A stretch of 64,000 nucleotides of DNA from Phoronis australis (lineage: Eukaryota > Animalia > Phoronida): contig NMRA01000693.1 of the NCBI GenBank assembly GCA_002633005.1, positions 124,001 to 188,000 of the forward strand, in the 5' to 3' direction. Positions 54,966 to 64,000 of the stretch are shown one piece after another. Positions within the stretch are counted from its first letter, which is position 1, and each line of letters starts with the position of its first letter. The notes below the pieces were generated by a model. That model worked only from the letters and a program-made list of their open reading frames with translations. It was not told where the DNA came from and made no database searches. A program made the translations under genes and the position numbers.

Positions 54966-57838
54966 TCAACGTCTGACGCAATCGAACGTGAACATAAAAT
55001 ACTTAAATGAGCACGCGCAACAATCGCATGTTCATCAAAGGGCATTGCACCGACATTCATACGTTATGAAAAATAAGACGGATAATTTCCATAAAAACGA
55101 TATTTTAATTCAGTGAAAATTTTCGTTCGTGTTCTCTAACTTGCAATTCACCGATCTCCAATTTGAATGCGGGAATCGTGTCGTCGGGATCCTTTGACTT
55201 GAGCATTATAGTCAGTTACTAGTGGTAACCTACCATAGCAGACGAAGGAAGTGGCTCATGGTAGTGAAGTATGAAATGTACGCTGTAAATAGCAAGTATG
55301 AGGCCGTAAAACATTTACTTTAGCAGACGATATATTCCCAGTCGAAGCTTAGCGTGATAAAATGTGTAGTAAGCTATAATAGTTGCTAAACCTTAATTTA
55401 TAGATTAACTTTATTTCCATTTTGTTTAAATTTTCAATTGGTTTTGAGTTAAAGCATTATTTGACAAAAATAGCTCGGCTTTTCTTAAAAGGTCACGACC
55501 TCTGACCCCGGGCCTCTGACGTAGAAAGTAGTTACAAAGCCGAGGCAAGTCGAGAAAGGTAGATCGATTCATTGCAATGTTTCTCGTTCAGTATGTGGTA
55601 TGTTATTATATCTCGATTTCACGAAGCTCGATATAATATCCACGGGTACAAACACGTACGTTGTATAACCTATATGTATTTAGAAATAATATGTTGATAT
55701 GAAAAAGTATCTCTTCACAATGGGGGCATTCATCAGTTTGGACTGCAATCTTATATAAAGTCATATTTGTAAATATGTTTATATATGTAAAGAGGTATCT
55801 AAAATTCTTTAATTCTGGATTGTTGGAAAGAGCGAAGGGTGTATAATAAAGTTTTTATTTCTTTTCATAATTACCTAACATTACATAATAATCAGGTTTT
55901 AATGCAATTGTTTATAAAATGAATTTTTAACCCAATCTTCATTACAACTGTCATAATTTAGTAATGAAAGTTCTTACAGCTATAAAAGATCTTACTTTTA
56001 ATTCGCCAATGTGTTTCTTCAATGCATTAATTAGAAGCCTATTTCAACTAAAAACTCATGCTCGGTCATAGATCAGATATACTATGGTTCTTGGTCACGG
56101 TGGGTGATTTTCCCTGCGCTAGTTGTCGCGCAACTTGCCCAAAGAGTAGGTCACGCTTACCTATTTAGTTTGAACAACATATATTTATCAAGGATTAAAG
56201 TGAGAAAAACATTATCTTCAGCAAAAGTGCTGTTTCTTCCAGACGCTTCTCACAAAAATACATACAACAAACATGGTAATGAACAATGGCAAAAACAACG
56301 AAAGGGACATAAACAGAGAATCCTAAGAGAGTCTCAGGTTTATGACATGGGCAAAACCCCTTGGAAATTTCGTCAAAATCCCGAGACGTGTCTTCAGTTC
56401 CATACTTCTACTTGTTTACGATGAATACAATCTACCAGACTATTTTGATCTATACTGTTGCGATCCTTTTCTAAGTGCATGTCAGTTCACCTTGCATAGG
56501 ATCATTCTGACGATATTCTCACGAGTATGTCTCAGTGTCGCTTAAGTGGACTGATATTTGCATCTGTTCAACATACATGTCTATCTATCTGAAACTTTTT
56601 GTGATCGACTAGTAGAGACCTCGGGTACGTGTCCATCTCGCTCAGTAACCGAGGACGACTTCTGTCAGTCGAATTTTAGCATGTGAGTGTTACCTCTTGC
56701 GAAAGGGTGTTGGCTTTTGCTCAATTCTGGAATTTTGAGTATAGACGAGTTGTCCCCGCTCTATGTCCATCTCGTTTACAAAGAATACGACAGGCCAGAC
56801 TCTACGGCTGAGACCATGAGTTTCAGAGGTTTGAATCATTTCCTGTTGGCTTCTTAGCTGGCTTCCATCCTTCTCATACGTGCATCCAGTAACTTGCGCA
56901 TCAGGTATTTGAGTCAGTTAAATCTTTAAGTCAGTATTTGGAAGTTACCACAATTGACCTGAAGAGGTCTCACTGAGGTAACTGTCCATCTACCAACCAC
57001 TGGTCTCTTCAATCAACAGAACGTTTGCTTGGGCGTCAATCTCTCTTGCTCTTTGTCCGTCTGTGGATTAGTGTCAAGTCTAAACAAAGCGCATTTGAAG
57101 CGTGTCTATCTGTCTTGCGAAAGCTATGACCAATCTATTCCTGTCAGTACTTTTTGACTACAATTTTACATTCACATAAGGTCATATAATGATCTGTCGG
57201 CTTTTCTTTGAACATGTGTCCATATCGTTTACGAAGGCTGGTGTTAGATATTTTAAGTATGAAGCCTACAAAGTTCGAATTGAAGACACATGAGATGCAG
57301 ACACATCTCGCTTACGTCCTCTGTCATTCGGACTTATGCATGTATTTATTCCCAAAAGAGTTTGTAATGGCTGACACCAAGACCAGAAAATGTATTTGTA
57401 CTGCACCCTTCTTTATCCCATACGAAGCGATTATATTGCCTGCGGACATCTGGTGGCATTGTTTCAACTGCGTCGAACATAAACCTATTTGGCGGCAATA
57501 ACTTGTGGTTCACGTGTTTCTGCTGTCTTAGTTTTTAGGAATTAACAGCTCTTGTCTGAAAAACGTCAATTTCACCCTAAAAATTCGTGTTCAAAGCGGC
57601 TTTGTGCGGGATCCTATAATTCCTTATATACTTTACTTTGAGCTAATTTTGACACGTATCTCCGCAATTTTTATCGACACGTTTTGCATCCAACATCTGT
57701 ACTGGAGTGACTAAGCACTTGTACAATTGATTTTTCAATCACCGACTCGTTCTTTGTCCCGGGGACTGACTCATCATAATCGTAATCGGCGTTGAGTTAG
57801 GGGGCCAGGGCACAGGAATCTGAACCAGAATTTCGCCA

Positions 57839-57994
57839 CATGCGCGCGTCCAGCCTAAGATGTTGGGATGCAGGGATCTCGAATTTTGGATTTGTGAACC
57901 TTATTACTAAAAAGAAACAAATGTAAACGGAGTTTGTTCAAGACCTATGCATTTGCATTCGCCCCTCGAGCCCCCCCCCCTGGGTGCGCGCATA
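57839..57994. mobile_element. Second, older member of the catgcgcgc MITE family
   Basis: catgcgcgcgtccag ... cgagccccccccccctgggtgcgcgcata; same 3' end as 62156-62407. Confidence 0.7.
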
Positions 57995-58302
57995 TGCTAG
58001 TCAACACCCCGAACTGCCGAATGGTATCTGGAAGAATTTTAGGGTTGGCCATGGCCCCCTTGCCCCACCCTGCCTCCAAATCAGCCACTGCGACTGAGGA
58101 GGCAAGTTAGGTCACCTATCGTGGACTTTATTTCCCAAGAATTATCAACTTTATGAGTGCGATAGCATTTTCTGCATAACATTACAACACCGCGTTGTTC
58201 ATTTTCGGTCAAAATGCCATCATAGCCGTGCACACCACTTTTTTGAGAAAAAAACATACTCAGGCATGGTTTTCTGTTCTCTCAAAACACATTAGTGGGA
58301 CT

Positions 58303-58640
58303 CAAACCGACTTTTACCACGGGTGGGCACCCTCCACACAACGCATTGCCAAGCACACCAAACTAACTTTTACCACGGGTACGCATCCTCCACACAACGC
58401 ATTGCCAAGCACACCAAACCAAATTTTACCACGGGTGCGCACCCTCCACATAACACATTGCCAAGCACACCAAACTAACTTTTACCACAGGTACGCACCC
58501 TCCACATAACACATTGCCAAGCACACTAAACCAACTTTTACCACGGGTGCGCACCCTCCACACAACGCATTGCCAAGCAAACCAAAACAACTTTACCACG
58601 TGTGAGAACCCTCCACACAACGCATTGACAAGCACACCAA
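58303..58640. repeat. 56-bp minisatellite, about 6 copies
   Basis: Unit caaactaacttttaccacgggtgcgcaccctccacacaacgcattgccaagcacac, recurring every 56 bp. Confidence 0.95.
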
Positions 58641-59349
58641 ACCCTCGGCACAGACAATGTTTGTAAAAGTGACCAAAAATGCACTTAAAAACTGAATTGA
58701 TCTCTTCGGTTACCGTCACTTGTCCTAATATTGTCCGTGGGAAGGGTGCCTGGCATGTGATTGGAGTTCTGTGCTGGGTTGCATGAAGCAGTCCCAAATA
58801 GGGTATCAACTGAGTTCCCTATTAAGGATTTTTGTGTGATGTAAGAGATTTCCGCTCCAAGATCCTGCACATCGCGTAAGAGGGATAACGTGACCAAACA
58901 CGAGAGGGCCTCACATTTGAGCTGTGTTAAACGAATAGATACTTTTGCATTCGATTTATCGCGCACGGACTTCTCGACACTTCAAACTATTACTGAATTG
59001 TCCAAGCCTTAATATCACTCCAGATCTAGACACGCTCTGATCTTGGCCTTTTTGCAAAATTCTAGAATCTACCAGAAAAACTACTCTCATTAGTCTTTAC
59101 AATAACAAAATCAATAGTTGGGAGTTTATCATTAGACAAGCTCTCTCGAAAAGCAAAACTCATGCTTCTTGGGTATAAGATAAAGTTTCACGGACCTCGC
59201 CATTGAGGAGATAGCATCCCCGGACATTTTCTATCGTCCAGATCTTCGAAACGGGATAGCATTCTTATCAGCAAGCTATATTCTATGAACAAAGTTATAA
59301 GCGTATGTTACAGCCACTCAGTCAGTGCGCAGCTCGTGTGGCCGTCAAT

Positions 59350-60581
59350 ATGTACAAAGAGAGCCTTTATTCGCTGTTTTTCTTGGTGACAGTGGGCATT
59401 AGTAAGTGAGCTGGTAAATTTGTATCAGATAAAATTCTTTTTTTGGAAACATAACGTGCCAACGCCGGTCCCAATTACATGACCGTTTTCTAAGTATATA
59501 CCATAAGCCTACGCTTCAATTGGTCTACTTTAGTATTTGAGGAAAGACAACGCCTGGGATGATTGGCGCCTCACTTTTTTGGAGATTTGGACATTACACA
59601 ATAGTAAAAGGCAATGGACGAATTTCTACATGAATGTACGGCAATCTACTTAACTGAGATAAAACACATTTTTCACGACTTTCTCATACCTTGTATGCAT
59701 TTCTTTACAATTAAATTCAAAACTCAATTACAATGGTGACAATCAAAGAAAATGTTCTAAATTGTCTGTAACAGACATGTTTCCAATACGGGACTTTGAC
59801 AAATGTTTTGGAAGACAGTGACGGCTCAATATATTTACTGGCAGTTCGATATTCAATTTTTATTTCACTTACAGTTGGTGGCGAGAGTTTCTCCTCATGT
59901 GCTGAACACAAACTAGAATTTCCAAACGCGACATCGGGTTTCTACGCCATTGAGACAAATGCGGGGATAATAGCTGCATACTGCGAGATGAATATCGCAG
60001 GTGGCGGATTCACATTCATCCAAAAGCGTGACCTAAAGCGATTATCATCGAACGCGGCGGTTGGCGATGTGGATGTCTCCCTGTTCTTCAAACAGAAACG
60101 TGACGTCCTGGTGTTTATCCGAATGAGGGACAGATCTACCCGGTATACGGTACTGAGTCAATTGAAGGAGTACGCTGAAAACGACATCTTTGCTGGTGTT
60201 AACAAATTTACGAATTACGCGAAACCAATCACCACTACATCATTCCCTTACTTATACATTGGTTTTCTACCAGTCAGTCTCGCTGCCAAGAAAAATGTCC
60301 AAGGGTTCACCTCAAATGGGCACCGAGTTGCTTTCACCAATTGCGACGCAAATCCCAACAGCTACTTCCTATTTTCGACTGCTGACCCATCACAATATCC
60401 ACGACTACCTGGAGGGGGATACGTAATTGACATGTGGATGAAGACGGCTCTTCCAAGCCCACACTACTTCCCTGACATGTTATTTTATTTCACCGAGTTG
60501 CACTTCGGCGGATGCGGCGGGATATCTTTTTCCAACGCTTGGCCAAATAACATGATGGATGCCACTGTTGGATTTCGATAA
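59350..60581 (+). CDS. Secreted protein (about 252 aa) with fibrinogen/intelectin-like N-terminal motif; exons 59350-59401 and 59875-60581
   Basis: Signal-peptide-like exon MYKESLYSLFFLVTVGI, donor gtaagt at 59402, acceptor tttcacttacag ending 59874, in frame with the 261-aa ORF. Motif SC..H......SGFYAI.......AYCEMNIAGGGFTFI. AATAAA at 60637. Confidence 0.8.
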
Positions 60582-62155
60582 ATCTGTAGATCGCTACATC
60601 CAATGTACATGGAGTCCTATCTATGAATCTTATGAGAATAAACAATCGTTATAAGATGAGCCTGTAAATTAGTTGTTAAATTGAAGTAGTTTTTACGTAC
60701 CTTTACTGTAGTCCTACTTAAATTAACGTTGAATGTAATTTTCTTGAGAAAGTTGCTGGTGTTTGTTTTGTTGTCATCATGGGCAGTCATTAGTTCTGTT
60801 TCAAAATGACTTTAATGAAAACGTAGTTGCGACTATAGATAAACTTACACAAAGCATAATGTGTTTTTGCATTTCCTCCTCTGCATACACGGACTTAGAG
60901 AATGAAGAAAACAAGCGAAAATCGACAGCCCTATTTTGCGGGTGTCGCGAACGTTTTCTTTCAAAAATAGACATTCTAACCGACTCCTCAGTGATCTAGG
61001 TGCTGTGATCTCACCATCAGTTTTAACCTTGAATACAGGACATTTCCGTTTATTCCTACATGTTAGGAACACTGAACGCGTCTCACCGAACGAAATGCAA
61101 ATCTTTTGTTAGTTATAACCCTTTGCAGATCTGTGTGTGTATACCTTTCCCCGTTCCGCAGTCAGTTGACTAATTATGTTCATTAAAAATTATGTCATCT
61201 TGAAATGCCATTGACCAAACTGGTTTTCGTTAAAATCAATGAAGTTTTTGAAGACGTTGATATGGAAAGAGTTCGTGTAAAAGAGCAAAAACTGTTGGTC
61301 GTGCCCATGCACTGTCGTTTTCTCTTGTTATATGTGGGCATACGTGTTCTTACGTAGATCAACTCGTTTGTTCGAGCAACAGTGTTTTGAAGTATTTTCA
61401 GCACTTCAGCATTGGTCAAATGTAAGTAAAGAGAAAAGGAACAAGATTAAAAAGTACGGGCTGCTAGAATGAGCACTATTCGATAGGCGTAACAGTTTCA
61501 AGTAAGGGCCGACCACAAAGCAACCAGACAAAGTAATGTTGAATCCTGTGGTAGTCCATGTCGAGTGGAGGGCTTCGGGTAGAAACTGTTTGCGACAAGG
61601 GGAGGCAATTGGAGACCAGGAGCAGATACCTTCGCATTTCTTTCACCAGCAACATAAGAAATCCGTCAAACACCTGTGCTTCTGTTGTTAGTACATGTAT
61701 GTCTCACTGTCAAGAGACAAGCAAACATGCCGGGCAATGATCATAAGGAACTAACTCAGTTGAAAACCTAGTTTACAACTTGAGACTCCCCAAATCACAG
61801 TCCTCTTCACATTAATAGCCTTTCATATAACTCATCAAAATTGTTAAATCTTGATTTGTTTTAGTTATACGAATGCTTTTTGGATAGATTAAATGGAGTT
61901 TTTGTCTTTTAAAACAACACAAATCAATAAGCGCCAATTCTATTCGGGTAATTGAAATCCGTGATTTGCTTTACTACGCTAGCATAGAGATCGACATTTT
62001 TGGCTATAAAAAATGTGAAAATAGCTATAAGATTCTCCAGTGTGTCGCTAAATGGCGGAAAAATGTCTCAACAAAGGTTCTATTATCCCCAAATTAGTCC
62101 TACACGAATGAATTTACAAAAATGTGGAGTAATAGTACCGTGCCGTCCTTATTCC

Positions 62156-62407
62156 CATGCGCGCACCCAGCCTTCAATTTGGGAAGGGCTCGAATTCCTG
62201 GCGTTGTGGACATTTTGCTAACAAAAGAGCCGGCGGACTAAAAAAAGAAAAAAAGGAGCACGACTGTGAATTGCGCTTATTCAGTGGACTTTTGTCCCAT
62301 TTTCTCGGACTTTTTGTCTCTCGGGGGCGGACCTTTTTGCCCACTTCGCCTAATGGGAGGGGGGCTCATTCGAGCCCCCCGAGCCCCCCCCCCTGGGTGC
62401 GCGCATG
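62156..62407. mobile_element. GC-rich MITE with perfect 15-bp TIR and 5-bp TSD
   Basis: catgcgcgcacccag ... ctgggtgcgcgcatg; TSD attcc at 62151-62155 and 62408-62412. Confidence 0.85.
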
Positions 62408-62901
62408 ATTCCGGTGACTGTAGTGCGCAGATGACAAGTGACAACCATACAGCGATCCACTTGGATATCAACTCACGTGGCAATAATACAGACGTACGCG
62501 CGTGCAATCTTCACATGTTGTAGAGGTAGCATCATATATAGATTAAATTTATGGTTACAGTCCCATGGCACGAGTAGATAGATATGTGCGCGCATTAGCT
62601 GTAAAGTTCTGAGTCAGAGAGCAATTAATTAGTTGTTAGAGGAGATAAATGTTTGGAAGACTAATTCAAGCATATACATGTAGACATAGAGGCTGAAAAT
62701 CTTCAATGCCCGAAGTTGTTTAAACAAGTATTTTGGTACTATTCAAGCAACTCTGTAATGTACCGGTAAATGTACTTGCCATGACGTTTACGTATTAATC
62801 AATCATGCAACATTTCAGGAGACGTGTGAATTCTAATCATGAGATAGCAGTAATATCGTCATTAATACGAAACAACTAAATGGATTCTAAGGCCTAAGTA
62901 T

Positions 62902-63030
62902 ACGTTTGGCTCTCACAAACAGCATCGGTTGTTTAGAATTAGACTTCATAACAGCCAAAATTCGTATGTTTGGCTCTCACAAACAGCATCGAGTGTTTAG
63001 AATTAGGCTGCATAACAGCAAAAATTCGTA
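62902..63030. repeat. Two-copy ~63-bp tandem duplication
   Basis: gtttggctctcacaaacagcatcg..gtttagaattag..cataacagc.aaaattcgta occurs twice. Confidence 0.85.
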
Positions 63031-63130
63031 AACTATAAAATGCTTAGTTATTGTGAATCATGAATGGACACGCATTTACTCGAACCTCGGCCTAAAGACA
63101 CAAATTCCAGGGTCCACATTCTAACAAAAC

Positions 63131-63428
63131 ATGTTGAGGACTGCTCCCACCAATATGTCCACAGCCGAGCGAAATCTCAGTTGTGACGAACTTGTGGAGG
63201 CTGTAGAAGAAGGTGATTTAGCAAGAACTCAACAGATTTTAAACAAAGACGATAGAGAAACTTCAGAGTTGTGCACTAGCAAGGGTTCTCAATGGTATTC
63301 GGCGTTGCATACGGCTGCAACGACAGGTGATGGAGACGTGCTCCAGCTACTGCTTGCGAAGGGAGCAGATGCTAATTCCAAGAATTCATGGAGAAATGAA
63401 TCACCTCTTCATTTTGCAGCCATGAAAG
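63131..63428 (+). CDS. Ankyrin-repeat protein, first coding exon (continues beyond window)
   Basis: Ankyrin motifs SALHTAATTGDGDVLQLLLAKGADAN and SPLHFAAMKG; donor AAG|gtaaat after 63428. Confidence 0.8.
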
Positions 63429-64000
63429 GTAAATCTAGCCCTTAAGTACGCCTATCAGTCACTGCAGGCGTTATGTTGTGGAGCACTGACTAATCAAGGC
63501 ACGTAATTAGATGAATTTTCCAAAGAGTGTACTTATCTAATGCTAGATAACTCAGTGCAGAGTTCTATTAATTAAGGAGACGACAACGCCTTCCTATTTT
63601 CGGACAGATTTTGATATTTTAGGTGACCATTTAAAGATATTCTTTTTACATCTACATCTCTATCTGCCGAACCACAAAGGATCATTGTGAAAATTGACGG
63701 CTGTATTCCTGATGCGAAGATCCCGGCTGACGTTGATTTCCAGATGTTTTCCACTATTTTGGTGACAATTTTTTTTTTTGCTTTCACGGCTGTATCTTCT
63801 TAACCCTATGAAGGATCTTTGCGCAATTTAGCAACAGATGACGATACTTTTCGACCAATAGCTGTGCCTCCCAGTAATAATTGTTTTTACGGTTACCATT
63901 AAATCTTAGGAGTGCCTAGGCTTATTTTCATGAAATTTGGCAAGTAGTTATGTATTACAGAAACGGCGCCTCCTTCTCAGTTCGGACGGGGTTGGAGCAT

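Noticed and set aside
58303-58640. Regularly spaced repeats resembling a CRISPR array
   Set aside because: The whole 56-bp unit repeats with no unique spacers, there are no cas genes, and the context is eukaryotic; it is a minisatellite
61195-61740. Possible membrane-protein pseudogene on the minus strand
   Set aside because: Only a vague hydrophobic stretch with many stops; not supportable without a search

Overview
AT-rich animal (probably marine invertebrate) genomic DNA with assembly gaps. The main feature is a minus-strand CEP290 orthologue: I could trace 31 GT-AG coding exons with compatible phases from the ATG at 48277 to 13479 (4194 nt, about 1398 aa). The rest of the gene is not found in the window. 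On the plus strand are a two-exon secreted protein with a fibrinogen-like N-terminal motif (59350-60581) and the first coding exon of an ankyrin-repeat gene (63131-63428). Introns and intergenic DNA are dense with mobile-element relics: Helentron/DINE-1-like elements, a THAP-bearing TIR element, MITEs, Penelope, L1/Tx1 and I-like LINE fragments, tRNA-derived SINE heads and minisatellites. The most striking signal is a Helentron-associated (HINE/DINE-1-like) family. Its roughly 145-160 bp internal monomers each carry one CTCF-consensus-like motif, all co-oriented: 14 in the full-length copy at 13631-15812 and 4 each in two partial copies. Also notable are decayed local duplicates of CEP290 exon ends beside the real exons, an inverted pair of degenerate Penelope-type hammerhead ribozymes, and foldback arrays upstream of the CEP290 start codon. 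Two larger tandem duplications joined by a single N are probably assembly artefacts. All family assignments come from pattern recognition, not database searches.
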